In this document: in pieces, positions 45,229 to 55,613 of the stretch
Layout of the letters: the number at the start of each line of letters is the position of its first letter
Numbering within the stretch: the stretch's first letter is position 1
Source of the DNA: Calditrichota bacterium
Lineage (GTDB): Bacteria; Calditrichota; Calditrichia; Calditrichales; J004
Length of the DNA: 57,694 nucleotides
Assembly (NCBI GenBank): GCA_003696775.1
Contig: RFFS01000116.1
Coordinates: forward strand, 1-57,694
Reading direction: 5' to 3'
Made by a program: the position numbers and the translations under genes
Notes under the pieces: generated by a model
Database searches by the model: none
What the model saw: only the letters and a program-made list of their open reading frames with translations
Told to the model about the DNA's origin: nothing

Positions 45229-47250
45229 ATGAGTGAACATAAGCCAAACGGCAATGAAAACCCGAACGGTCAAAAGCCGAAAAAGGATGACGAATTTCAG
45301 TGGAAAAAGGTCTCCAAGAGCGGTCTGATCTGGATTGCCATTTTATTCATGGCGCTGTTTTTCAGCAGTTTGTGGACAGACAGCCGGCCGAATGAATTTG
45401 AGATCAGTTACAGTAAGTATCGCGAGTTTCTGGATCAGGGTAAAATAGAACGCGCGACGATAACCCTTAAGGAAAATACCTTTCGCGGTGTGCTGAAGCA
45501 GGCGGATTATTTCGGCGATGAAACAGGCACGCAAAAAAGCCGGAACTTCCGCACCATTTTGCCCTATGTAGATGATACGGTTGTCCGTCAATGGGATGAA
45601 AAAGGCATCCAGTATCAATTTGTGGAGCCCTCCAACGAATGGCCTGTCATTTTGCTTAACGCCTTGCCCTGGCTGGCCATTATACTGATCTGGTTTTTGC
45701 TGGCCCGTCGCATGCAGGGCGGCGGCGGCGGTGGTCGCGGCATTTTCGGCTTTGGCAAAAGCAAAGCGCGCATGCTCACGCCGGATAAAGCCAAAATCAC
45801 CTTCAAGGATGTGGCTGGTGCTGATGAGGCGAAAATGGAGCTGCAGGAAATCATTGAGTTCCTGAAATTTCCGCAAAAATTTCAGCGTCTCGGCGGAAAA
45901 ATCCCCAAGGGCGCTTTATTGTTGGGCCCCCCGGGAACCGGTAAAACCCTTCTGGCCAAAGCCGTCGCGGGGGAAGCCGGTGTGCCGTTTTTTAGTATGA
46001 GCGGCGCCGATTTTGTTGAAATGTTTGTGGGAGTGGGCGCCAGCCGTGTGCGCGATCTTTTTGAAATGGGGCGCAAGCACGCGCCGTGCATCATCTTTAT
46101 AGATGAAATCGATGCCGTGGGACGTCATCGTGGCGCCGGTTTGGGTGGCGGACATGATGAGCGCGAACAAACCCTGAATCAATTGCTGGTGGAAATGGAC
46201 GGATTCGACACACAGGAAGGCGTGATCCTGATCGCCGCCACCAACCGTCCCGATGTTTTGGATGCCGCTTTGCTGCGTCCGGGACGATTTGACCGGCAAA
46301 TTGTGGTGGATCGCCCGGATGTGAAAGGCCGTGAAGGCATCCTGAAGGTGCATACGCGTAAAGTGCCGCTGGAAGATTCCGTTGATATCAACGCCCTGGC
46401 CAAAGGCACGCCCGGACTTTCCGGCGCGGATATTGCCAATTTGGTGAACGAAGCCGCATTGTTGGCCGCGCGCAAGGATAAAACCCGCGTTGGCATGGAT
46501 GACTTTGAAGAAGCCAAGGATAAAATCATGATGGGCATGGAGCGCAAATCCATGATCATTTCTGATCATGAAAAGAAAACCACCGCTTATCATGAAGCGG
46601 GGCATGCCCTGATCGCCAAGTTGATACCCGGATTGGACCCGGTGCATAAAGTAACCATCATACCGCGCGGACGCGCCCTTGGCGTGACCGCTTCGTTGCC
46701 CGAAGAAGATAAGCACACCCATTCCCGTGATTATCTCGAGGGTGAATTGTCCATGTTCTTCGGTGGTCGCATCGCTGAAAAAATTGTCTTTGATCAATAC
46801 ACCACCGGTGCTTCCAACGATCTGGAGCGGGCCACGGCGCTGGCGCGTAAAATGGTAACCGAATGGGGCATGTCCGAAAAAATCGGCCCCATCACCTACG
46901 GACAGAAACAACAGGAGATCTTCCTCGGACGTGAAATCAGTCAGCACCGAGATTATAGCGAGGAAATGGCGAAAATTATCGATGATGAAGTGCGTGCGCT
47001 CCTTTTTAAAGCCGAAGAACGCACCGAAAAACTCTTGCGGGATAATATCGATAAATTACATGCATTGTCCGAAGCGCTTCTTGAGCATGAATTGTTGGAT
47101 GGTGAGCAAATTGATGCTATCTTACGCGGAGAAACGATTCAAAACGCCGCATTTACTTCCCGAAGGAACGGAAATAAATTGGAAAACAAGGATGATAACA
47201 GCGAAGAATCTTCAGAACGACCGGAGGAACCGCCGGAAAAGGCTGAGTAA
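45229..47250 (+). CDS. ftsH: ATP-dependent zinc metalloprotease FtsH
   Basis: Two TM segments, [36 protein letters not shown]. Confidence 0.99.
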   Translation: MSEHKPNGNENPNGQKPKKDDEFQWKKVSKSGLIWIAILFMALFFSSLWTDSRPNEFEISYSKYREFLDQGKIERATITLKENTFRGVLKQADYFGDETGTQKSRNFRTILPYVDDTVVRQWDEKGIQYQFVEPSNEWPVILLNALPWLAIILIWFLLARRMQGGGGGGRGIFGFGKSKARMLTPDKAKITFKDVAGADEAKMELQEIIEFLKFPQKFQRLGGKIPKGALLLGPPGTGKTLLAKAVAGEAGVPFFSMSGADFVEMFVGVGASRVRDLFEMGRKHAPCIIFIDEIDAVGRHRGAGLGGGHDEREQTLNQLLVEMDGFDTQEGVILIAATNRPDVLDAALLRPGRFDRQIVVDRPDVKGREGILKVHTRKVPLEDSVDINALAKGTPGLSGADIANLVNEAALLAARKDKTRVGMDDFEEAKDKIMMGMERKSMIISDHEKKTTAYHEAGHALIAKLIPGLDPVHKVTIIPRGRALGVTASLPEEDKHTHSRDYLEGELSMFFGGRIAEKIVFDQYTTGASNDLERATALARKMVTEWGMSEKIGPITYGQKQQEIFLGREISQHRDYSEEMAKIIDDEVRALLFKAEERTEKLLRDNIDKLHALSEALLEHELLDGEQIDAILRGETIQNAAFTSRRNGNKLENKDDNSEESSERPEEPPEKAE

Positions 47251-47280
47251 AAACGTCTGTTCCGGCATATACACACGTTT

Positions 47281-48849
47281 ATGTCGCAAATTATCACCCT
47301 TTTGTCCGGAAACATACCCGGTGGTATTGTACTAGTAACGCTGGCTCTGCTTTTTACCAACCTGACTTTGTTCTTTTTGTCAAAGTCAGGTTTGATTTAT
47401 CGTCGCCTGCGCGAAAAATATGTTATTTTTAATACCGTGGTTATCGTCCTTTACGGTTTGCTCTGGTTTGCCACCAAAGACGCACCCCCTTTAAAACGCA
47501 TCATTATTTTACCCGCGGCTGTTCAGACCTCCAGGGGCGCCATACAGGCCGATTTTACCTTACCGGAATTGTTTTATCAACGACGTACCGATGTTAAACG
47601 CGGATATATTCTTCATCCATGGCCCTGGCTATATCACACATTAAAAGAAGATGCGTCCGATTACCCTTCCTGGGAGGCTATCGCCCTTAAAATGCATCCG
47701 GATGTGCTTGTGATAACACATACAACCCCGGAAGGCTTCTCCGTAACAATACGTCATCCATTGGCCGGGGATTCGCTGCGAATTAAGGTAAAGGAAAAAG
47801 CCGATTATAATGCCGTGGCCCGCGCTATTATTCAGCATGAAGACTGGTTGATGGAATGGAAAGATAATCCTGACGCTTCGTTGAATGCCGTCATGCACGA
47901 ACATATACTGAAAGGAGACTATGAAACCGTTTTGGAATCATTGGCCGAAGACAGTTCCGTAACGGCGCGCATCCTGCGGGCGAAAGCACTGGTAAACCGT
48001 GGTTTGCAAAAAAAAGTCGATTATGTGAAAAAGCAATTTGTCGAAGAGAAAAATCCCGATTTTGAACGGGCCAAAAGTATTCTTTATCCATTGATTCGTG
48101 AACGCAGGGACCGGGCACCGGTCGCCTATTTGCTGGGACGCATGGCCATCCGTGAACAGGAATATGAAAATGCCGAGGTCTATCTGAAAAAAGCCCTGGT
48201 GGATGACCCGCGTGACGCCCGGGTTTATTATGCCTTAAGTTATTTACATACCACACGTCTGGAAGAATTAGAGTTAACGGATCGTTTTGATGTTTTGCGT
48301 AAAGCGATTCGCCTGGACCCGGGTTATACCGATGCTGTTTATGAACTGGCGCATATGTATTATCTTAACAGTTCCGGCGTGGCAAGCAGCTCGGGCATTC
48401 AAAGTGCCTTTAATGTATTGAACGCATTTTTGAAAATTCGGGACAAAGACCCGCAAATATTAAGTCTCATGGCCAATATAGATATCCGGTTGTTCCGTCT
48501 GGATGAGGCGGAACGTATTTATAAGAGCTTGTTGGAACGCTTTCCGGAAGATTCCAACAGTTGGTATAATATGGGTATTCTCTACTTTTCCCGAAAGAAT
48601 TATGATAAAGCGAGGGAGTATTTTCAAAAAGCCATAGCGATGGATGACAATCACGATGCATGGTTGTATCTCGGTATTGTTTATGAACGCATGGGCATGT
48701 ACGAAGACGCCTTGCGCTGCTATCGGGAGCGGGTCAGGCGAAAGGAAGGGGATGATGACCGATATGCCCGTGAAGCGATGAAAGGCATCCGTAAAATTTT
48801 ACAAAAATTACAGGCAGGGGCGGATAGTCTCAATGGGACAAAAGGGTGA
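47281..48849 (+). CDS. Membrane-anchored tetratricopeptide-repeat protein
   Basis: Two N-terminal hydrophobic segments; multiple TPR-like helical repeats (e.g. WYNMGILYF..KNYDKAREYFQKAI). Confidence 0.8.
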   Translation: MSQIITLLSGNIPGGIVLVTLALLFTNLTLFFLSKSGLIYRRLREKYVIFNTVVIVLYGLLWFATKDAPPLKRIIILPAAVQTSRGAIQADFTLPELFYQRRTDVKRGYILHPWPWLYHTLKEDASDYPSWEAIALKMHPDVLVITHTTPEGFSVTIRHPLAGDSLRIKVKEKADYNAVARAIIQHEDWLMEWKDNPDASLNAVMHEHILKGDYETVLESLAEDSSVTARILRAKALVNRGLQKKVDYVKKQFVEEKNPDFERAKSILYPLIRERRDRAPVAYLLGRMAIREQEYENAEVYLKKALVDDPRDARVYYALSYLHTTRLEELELTDRFDVLRKAIRLDPGYTDAVYELAHMYYLNSSGVASSSGIQSAFNVLNAFLKIRDKDPQILSLMANIDIRLFRLDEAERIYKSLLERFPEDSNSWYNMGILYFSRKNYDKAREYFQKAIAMDDNHDAWLYLGIVYERMGMYEDALRCYRERVRRKEGDDDRYAREAMKGIRKILQKLQAGADSLNGTKG

Positions 48850-48856
48850 AGTTTTA

Positions 48857-48892
48857 GTGCAAATTTTACACGGAATTGTGTATAAATTGCAC
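48857..48892. promoter_or_regulatory. Imperfect 15-6-15 inverted repeat upstream of folP
   Basis: GTGCAAATTTTACAC-GGAATT-GTGTATAAATTGCAC; 13 of 15 positions complementary. Confidence 0.45.
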
Positions 48893-48935
48893 GCATGTTG
48901 ATAAGGTGTCCTAAAAAAATATTAAATCGAAAAAA

Positions 48936-49781
48936 ATGATCTGGAAACTAAAACACGGAAATTTAGATTGGGAAAAGGGACCGTTGGTGATGGGTATCCT
49001 GAATGTCACACCGGATTCCTTTTCCGATGGCGGCCGTTTTTACAGCTTGGAAAAAGCTCTGGATCGGGCGCGGAAAATGATTGACCAGGGTGTTGATATT
49101 ATTGATGTTGGCGGGGAATCTTCACGGCCCGGCGCCGACCCGGTAAGCGTTGAGGAAGAGTTGGAACGGGTTGTGCCGGTAATAGAAGGCATCCGTGCTT
49201 TTTCGGATATACCCGTTTCCATCGATACGTATAAGGCCCAAGTGGCCGACAGGGCCTTACAGAGTGGCGCGGATATCATCAATGATATAAGTGGCACGGA
49301 TTTTGACCAAAATATGTCAGGTGTTGTCGAGAAGTGGGCATGTCCGATTGTGGTCATGCATATGCAGGGAACACCTAAAACCATGCAACGCGCGCCTCAA
49401 TATGCGGATGTGGTTAAGGAAGTACGTAACTATTTGGAAGAAAAAATTAAATATTTAAACAACCTTAACGAAGGGAGAATAATACTCGATCCGGGTATCG
49501 GATTTGGTAAAAAACTGGAGCACAATCTTGCCTTGCTTCGCCATTTGGATGACCTGAAGGATTTGGGTTGTCCGCTCTTGGTGGGGGTATCTAACAAGTC
49601 GTTTATGGGCGACTGGCTGGGAATTCCGGTGGAAGAGCGTAATCCGATATCCCGATATGTGGAGGTAATGGCCATGCAAAAGGGGGCACGCGTGATCCGC
49701 ACACATGACGTCAGGCAAACCGTTTTCGCACGGACAATACAACAGACATTAGGCGTTGTCCCCTGTGATAAAAATCATTGA
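48936..49781 (+). CDS. folP: Dihydropteroate synthase
   Basis: MGILNVTPDSFSDGG, DVGGESSRPG, SIDT, INDIS, LDPGIGFGK, R.HDV. Confidence 0.95.
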   Translation: MIWKLKHGNLDWEKGPLVMGILNVTPDSFSDGGRFYSLEKALDRARKMIDQGVDIIDVGGESSRPGADPVSVEEELERVVPVIEGIRAFSDIPVSIDTYKAQVADRALQSGADIINDISGTDFDQNMSGVVEKWACPIVVMHMQGTPKTMQRAPQYADVVKEVRNYLEEKIKYLNNLNEGRIILDPGIGFGKKLEHNLALLRHLDDLKDLGCPLLVGVSNKSFMGDWLGIPVEERNPISRYVEVMAMQKGARVIRTHDVRQTVFARTIQQTLGVVPCDKNH

Positions 49782-49875
49782 AAAACGGATATTGGTCATT
49801 ATGTCCGTTAATGTGAGGCTAAAAAAGAAAATATTTAAAGAAATGGTTAAATAGAACGAAAGTAGCATTACTTTT

Positions 49876-50682
49876 ATGATCTTTAAAATCGGTTTTTTGC
49901 CGGTCACAATTATAGACCTGCTGGATATTTTGCTGGTAACCGCATTGATTTTCAAGCTTTATCAGTTCTTAAAGGGTGGGGTTGCCATCAGAATGTTCGC
50001 CGGTCTTCTGCTGATTCTGCTCTTTTCGGTGGTTGGCGAATTGTTAAATATGAGCGCCCTTTCCTGGATAATGTCGAGCTTGAAAACAGTTTGGGTGCTG
50101 GCCTTTGTAATCATTTTCCAACCCGAGTTGCGACGATTGCTGATTTATCTCGGGCAAAACCGGGTCATTCGTTCCATTGTGCGTGTAGGTGACATTGAAT
50201 TTATTGATCAAATTGTAAAAACGATACAGGATTTGTCGAAAAAAAATTATGGAGCGCTGATTGTGCTGACAAGAGACATGGGATTGAAAAATATTGTTGA
50301 AACCGGTGTGCAGATTCAGGCACGCCTGTCTCAGCAATTGCTCAGTTCAATATTCAATCCACGCTCACCTTTGCATGACGGCGCTGTAATCGTGCAAAAT
50401 GATATCATCGTCGCCGCCAAATGTCTGTTACCGCTTTCTCAAAACCCGGATATCGACCCGGCACTGGGCACCCGTCATCGCGCGGCCCTGGGATTGTCGG
50501 AGCAGTCCGACGCGCTTGTGTTGGTGGTTTCCGAGGAAACCGGTATGATATCTTACGCCGAGGAAGGAAAGCTGGTGCGCGGCTTAACCGAAAATCTTTT
50601 AAGAAAAAAATTGGATGAAATATTTACCGCCCAGCCGGGAGAGCAATCCCGCTGGCGGTTTAATTTGTTGACAAATAACTGA
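49876..50682 (+). CDS. cdaA: Diadenylate cyclase CdaA (c-di-AMP synthase)
   Basis: Three N-terminal TM segments, IFQPELR, GALIV, LHDGA, GTRHRAA, VSEETG. Confidence 0.95.
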   Translation: MIFKIGFLPVTIIDLLDILLVTALIFKLYQFLKGGVAIRMFAGLLLILLFSVVGELLNMSALSWIMSSLKTVWVLAFVIIFQPELRRLLIYLGQNRVIRSIVRVGDIEFIDQIVKTIQDLSKKNYGALIVLTRDMGLKNIVETGVQIQARLSQQLLSSIFNPRSPLHDGAVIVQNDIIVAAKCLLPLSQNPDIDPALGTRHRAALGLSEQSDALVLVVSEETGMISYAEEGKLVRGLTENLLRKKLDEIFTAQPGEQSRWRFNLLTNN

Positions 50683-50709
50683 AAGACACTTAACACAAGG
50701 AGCTTTGTA

Positions 50710-53700
50710 ATGGGCTTTAGATACAAAACTCGATATATAGCATTGTTGGCGACACTGAGTGTGTTGTTGGGCTTTAACGCTTTGTTTGCCGCCGCGATTT
50801 CCAGTAATGGCACCGGCGGTGGTAACTGGAATACAGGGAGTACCTGGGCCGGCGGTGTGGTTCCCGGTGCCGGTGATGATGTGACCATTGTGGCCGGGGA
50901 CGTCGTGACGCTTGATGTGTCACCTGCAACTGTTACATCGCTAACGATTGCCTCAACGGCTACCTTTGATATTAATGCCAATACCTTGAATGTGACCGGT
51001 GCTGTAACCATTAACGGCAGTTTTGATGATTTGTCCGGAGGCGGGACATTAAACCTTGGTGGCGATTTTACCATTAATTCAGGCGGGCTCTTCAACGATT
51101 CCGGCAATGGTATCAGTATTGATTTTAACGGTTCCGCCACACAAACCATTAGCGGTACCTACAATGGGGCCACAATTGAATTTTATGATTTTACCGTTAG
51201 CGGTACCGGAACGGTGGATAACAATCTCAGCAGTGATGTTATTGTAAATACTTTAAATATGTCAAGCGGCACATTTCTGGCAGGTACGGCAACCTATACA
51301 ATAGGCGCTAGTAACTTAAATCAGGCTGTGTTTAATAAAACCGGTGGTACTTTCACAGCGGAAACCAGTACTATTAAAATTGCAAGTACAGTAAATGTTA
51401 AATTGAGTATTGATGCCAATACCAGTTTTTACTCCATTGAACATGCTCCGCCAACAGGTGCGCGCACCTTGTCATTTGATGAGACAAATGCCGGTAGTGC
51501 TGTATATACCATTACAAACAGTTTGTTGTTTAGTCCGAATTCAAAAGGCGCATCTTTTAATAATGGCGCGAGCATAGCCTATTCCGGTACAACAACATTG
51601 AGTTACATAACGGGTAATGCCATAACCATTGGCAATGAATGGCCGGCAACCAATTCGCCGACCAATGTTACGGTGAATTCTTCGGCAACATTTACCCTGG
51701 GCAGTAATAGGACGGTAAGCGGGACCTTTACCCACACAGGTGGCGGTACGTTTGATGTATCCGCCGGTACGCTGACCATCAACGGTACGTTTGCAAAAGG
51801 TTCGGGCTCCTTTACCCTGAGCGGCGGGGCATTGACTTACGGTAGCAGCGCTTTGCTACGCTATGACGCGGGGCAGACCGCCGGCGCCGAATGGTTGGGA
51901 ACCGTGCCCAATGTTACGGTGCAGTCCGGTACGGTAACATTAACGGCCGGAAGCGGTACGCGTACCATTACTAACACGCTCACCGTAACCAGTACGCTTT
52001 CGGCAAATAACAATGCCTTAAGCGCCGGGGCTTTAACCGTAAACGGTACCCTGCAAACGGATAACGCCAATGTGACGGTTACCAACGGTACTTCTCTGGG
52101 CACATCGGCCACAATGACGACCAACTCTTCCGGGGCCGGAACCGGTGGTAATTTAAGCACCGCCACGCTTTCACTCGGCGATAACGCCACTCTAACAACC
52201 AATGGCGGAACCGTCGATGCGTCATCCACTACCACTATGAACGGTGGTGCCACCATTAACTCAGGCGCGGGCGCTGTAACATTGGTGGGCGATGTAACCA
52301 TGGGGCATCAATCCCAGGTTAATGCCACGGGTACCATTCGCATGGATGGTAATCTGACTATCTCAGGTACTGGGATTGTTGGTCAAAGCGCGGCCGGCAC
52401 TCTTTTAATGAATGGTAATAGTACAACAAATGTAAGTATTGACGGAATCATTCAACTCTTCAATTTTACCGTGAATAAAACCGGTGGCAATACGGTACAG
52501 GTCAGCACGACCAGTGGTAGCCAGATGCGTTTTAATACCAACGGCACCTTACGCGTGCAACAAGGTATTCTGGCGTTATCGTCCACATCACAAATTTTGG
52601 ATGTGAATGGCGGTTCCATTTCCAATGATAATTTAACCTTACAGGTTGATGCCAACGGTACATTCCAAACGGGTGGGACGGATATTGCCGGATTTGCCAC
52701 TTTTACACTTGCCGATGGCAGCACGGTTGAATTTAACGGTACCAGCGCGGAAGATATTCCTTCCGCAACATATGGTAATATCACGGTGAGCAATAGTCAT
52801 TCCAACGGTGCAACAATGGTTGGTAATGTAACATTGCAAACCAATTCCACTATTTCGGTTTCGGCCAGTTCACGGTTGAATCTCGGTGGTGTGACAATTA
52901 CAAACGCCGGTGCCTCCGACGCCTTGAGTGTCGCTTCCGGCGCTGACCTATATACGGACGGCACAAGTCTCTCCGGTTTCAATTCCTACACATTTTCCGG
53001 TACCGTTCATTTTAACGGCTCTTCTCAGGAAACGAGTCCGGGAGGCGTAACATTTGCCAACATAGAAGTCAACAACAGCGGCGGTCTGGTATTAGGCGGC
53101 GCTACCACGGTTTCCACGTTGATTACATTTACAAATGGAAAAATCACATCAACTTCCGCCAACCTGCTGACATTAGCCGCGGGTGCCACGGCATCGCCGA
53201 CCTCGACCAGTTTTGTGACCGGTCCCGTTGCCCGTCAAACCGATGGCGCGACGACATCTTTTGTCTTCCCGGTTGGTATCGGTACAAGCCTGCGTACGGT
53301 TACGTTAAGCTTCACTTCCGCACCGGCTAACAGCGCGACTATTACAACGGAAGCCAAAGGAACGGCCACGGGCGCCACGTCCAGTGATCCGGATGTGAAA
53401 TCCGTGGAAGATGACGGTTACTGGACCATTTCCACTACTTTGGGAACGGTTCCCAATTATACCGGTACATTTGTAACCACGAACTTCCTGCCTTCGATAA
53501 CCGCCTCATCCAATGTAACCATGGTTCGCGGTACGACTCCGAATTTTAACACACAAGGTACCGGTGAATCATCCGGTACGGATCAGGTAACGGCCAGTTT
53601 TACGACCAGCTTCGGTGATTTTGCCGTGGGTAACCTTACCGTAACCTATACCTGGACAGGTGGCGGCGTCGATAACAACTGGAGCACGGCAAATAACTGG

Positions 53701-55530
53701 GATCAGGGCTCAGCCCCCGGTAATGGTGATAATGTCGCTTTTACAGGCAGTGCGACCGCCGTGTACGATGCCGGTGTTTCCACTACATATTATGCAGGCA
53801 TTTCCATGTCCGGTACGGGTAACACTCTGACATTCAGCGGTGGGGCTATTGATCTATCGACCACCCCCCTGAGCGTTGGTTCCGGTGATCAGGTTACTTT
53901 TAACGGTACTTCCATCACTGCTTACAGCGCGAGCCAGACAACCTTTTCCAGCGGTTCCACTGTGGAATACACCATCGGTACCGTTCAGGCGGATACTTAT
54001 CACCATTTAACGGTAAGCAACAGTTCCGGAACGGTTACATCGTCCGGCTCCGTGGTTGTTAACGGTAATTTCACCAAGAGCAATGCCGGTACATACCAGG
54101 CTGACGGCTCTGTTACCGTAGCGGGCACCACAACGCTTTCCGCCGGTACTTTTACACCTGCCGGTGGCGCCTCATTAAACGGAAATATCGTTGGTAATGG
54201 CGGGCAATTCAGTGCCACAACGGGTACGGTTACGCTGGCCGGCAGCGCACAACAAACCATTAGTGGCAGCACCGATCTGTCGTTTAATAACCTGACGCTT
54301 AATAACGCAAATGGCATGGTGTTAAGCGGGCAGGCACCGACGATCAACGGCACACTGACATTCCAGAATGGATTGATAACAACCGGCAGCAATAATCTGT
54401 ATATTGGTACATCGGGAAGTATCAGCGGCGCGAGTTCTTCGCTTTACGTAAATGGTCGTCTCGCTAAAATCTATGGCGGCGGCGCTCAATCCTTTACCTA
54501 TCCGGTGGGCAAAGGGGGCGAATATTTGCCTGTTACATTAGATTTTGCTTCCTTAACTTCCGGTTATACACGAGTAGTTGAATTGATCAACTCGGACGCC
54601 AATGCTTTGGATCCGGATATCGACAACACCACTTTGTCCGCTGTATCTTCCGTTCGTTATTGGGAGATATCGCGCGTCGGTTCCGGCGGTGGCATAAGCG
54701 GTACGGTAACCGTAACTTTAACTTATAATGGAAACGATGGTGTGAGTAACACAACCGCATTGGATGTAGCCCAGCTTTCAACGGATACAAACGGTTCGGC
54801 AGGTACCGTAGGCGTTTGGCAGAGCATCGGCGGTAACGGAAGCGGAACGCCTACCGGTACCATAACTTCCAGTGGCTTTACAACCGGTGGTGATTATTAC
54901 ACCCTGGGTGATGATGCCGCCAATGGTCAGGACAACTCGCTTCCGGTTCAACTGGCTTCATTTGAAGCGATTGCCGATGTGGATAACGTAACCCTAAACT
55001 GGAGCACGGCTTCCGAATTGGAAAATCAGGGTTTTAATATCTACCGCAAGTCCGTGGAAAACCCGGAATGGGTAATGGTAAATGAGGCCATTATCGACGG
55101 GCAGGGTACTTATTCTGGTGAATCCAATTACAGTTATGTCGATTACGATGTGGTTGCCGGTCGTAGTTATACGTATAAATTGGAATCGGTAAGCTTTAAC
55201 GGATATGTAAATGTGGAAAAAGTAGTCCGTGTGGATGTACCTTTACCGGATACTTATGCTTTATTCAACAACTATCCGAATCCCTTTAATCCGGTGACTC
55301 ATTTGAAATTCCAGGTTAAAGACGCGTCCCGGGTAAGCATCGTCATCTACGATGTGAACGGACGGGAGATCAAAACCCTGGTTAATAAGAAAGAATATGC
55401 GGCAGGCCGGTACGAAGTGACCTGGGATGCTACCGATAATTTCAGCCAAAAAGTTGCCAGCGGCGTCTATTTTTACAGATTTACCGCCAACAACTTTAAT
55501 AAAATGGGGCGCATGGTCCTGCTGAAATAA
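50710..55530 (+). CDS. Large secreted T/S/G/N-rich beta-strand protein (adhesin or surface-layer candidate) with a T9SS-type/FlgD-Ig-like C-terminal domain
   Basis: AAGGAG SD; signal peptide; W..GSTWAGGVVP...DDVTI start; internal repeats; LPVQLASF...W.T.SE..N.GF.IYR domain; NYPNPFNP...SGVYFYR...MVLLK tail. Confidence 0.88.
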   Translation: MGFRYKTRYIALLATLSVLLGFNALFAAAISSNGTGGGNWNTGSTWAGGVVPGAGDDVTIVAGDVVTLDVSPATVTSLTIASTATFDINANTLNVTGAVTINGSFDDLSGGGTLNLGGDFTINSGGLFNDSGNGISIDFNGSATQTISGTYNGATIEFYDFTVSGTGTVDNNLSSDVIVNTLNMSSGTFLAGTATYTIGASNLNQAVFNKTGGTFTAETSTIKIASTVNVKLSIDANTSFYSIEHAPPTGARTLSFDETNAGSAVYTITNSLLFSPNSKGASFNNGASIAYSGTTTLSYITGNAITIGNEWPATNSPTNVTVNSSATFTLGSNRTVSGTFTHTGGGTFDVSAGTLTINGTFAKGSGSFTLSGGALTYGSSALLRYDAGQTAGAEWLGTVPNVTVQSGTVTLTAGSGTRTITNTLTVTSTLSANNNALSAGALTVNGTLQTDNANVTVTNGTSLGTSATMTTNSSGAGTGGNLSTATLSLGDNATLTTNGGTVDASSTTTMNGGATINSGAGAVTLVGDVTMGHQSQVNATGTIRMDGNLTISGTGIVGQSAAGTLLMNGNSTTNVSIDGIIQLFNFTVNKTGGNTVQVSTTSGSQMRFNTNGTLRVQQGILALSSTSQILDVNGGSISNDNLTLQVDANGTFQTGGTDIAGFATFTLADGSTVEFNGTSAEDIPSATYGNITVSNSHSNGATMVGNVTLQTNSTISVSASSRLNLGGVTITNAGASDALSVASGADLYTDGTSLSGFNSYTFSGTVHFNGSSQETSPGGVTFANIEVNNSGGLVLGGATTVSTLITFTNGKITSTSANLLTLAAGATASPTSTSFVTGPVARQTDGATTSFVFPVGIGTSLRTVTLSFTSAPANSATITTEAKGTATGATSSDPDVKSVEDDGYWTISTTLGTVPNYTGTFVTTNFLPSITASSNVTMVRGTTPNFNTQGTGESSGTDQVTASFTTSFGDFAVGNLTVTYTWTGGGVDNNWSTANNWDQGSAPGNGDNVAFTGSATAVYDAGVSTTYYAGISMSGTGNTLTFSGGAIDLSTTPLSVGSGDQVTFNGTSITAYSASQTTFSSGSTVEYTIGTVQADTYHHLTVSNSSGTVTSSGSVVVNGNFTKSNAGTYQADGSVTVAGTTTLSAGTFTPAGGASLNGNIVGNGGQFSATTGTVTLAGSAQQTISGSTDLSFNNLTLNNANGMVLSGQAPTINGTLTFQNGLITTGSNNLYIGTSGSISGASSSLYVNGRLAKIYGGGAQSFTYPVGKGGEYLPVTLDFASLTSGYTRVVELINSDANALDPDIDNTTLSAVSSVRYWEISRVGSGGGISGTVTVTLTYNGNDGVSNTTALDVAQLSTDTNGSAGTVGVWQSIGGNGSGTPTGTITSSGFTTGGDYYTLGDDAANGQDNSLPVQLASFEAIADVDNVTLNWSTASELENQGFNIYRKSVENPEWVMVNEAIIDGQGTYSGESNYSYVDYDVVAGRSYTYKLESVSFNGYVNVEKVVRVDVPLPDTYALFNNYPNPFNPVTHLKFQVKDASRVSIVIYDVNGREIKTLVNKKEYAAGRYEVTWDATDNFSQKVASGVYFYRFTANNFNKMGRMVLLK

Positions 55531-55613
55531 CATAGCGGAACGAAACTTCCTAAAAAACCCGGTAGGTGCATAAAACAGGATAAGACAGTAGCACTAATTA
55601 AATTGATGGACTT

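Noticed and set aside
45916-46947. 343-aa antisense ORF over ftsH, and similar long antisense ORFs at 16599-17438, 37664-38428, 42030-42881, 15146-15793 and 34585-35265
   Set aside because: Each is fully opposite well-conserved genes, has no recognisable motif, and is expected from codon bias in GC-rich genes.
50553-54392. V/P/L-rich minus-strand ORFs within the 1606-aa gene
   Set aside because: They are the antisense reflection of Thr/Gly/Asn codons.
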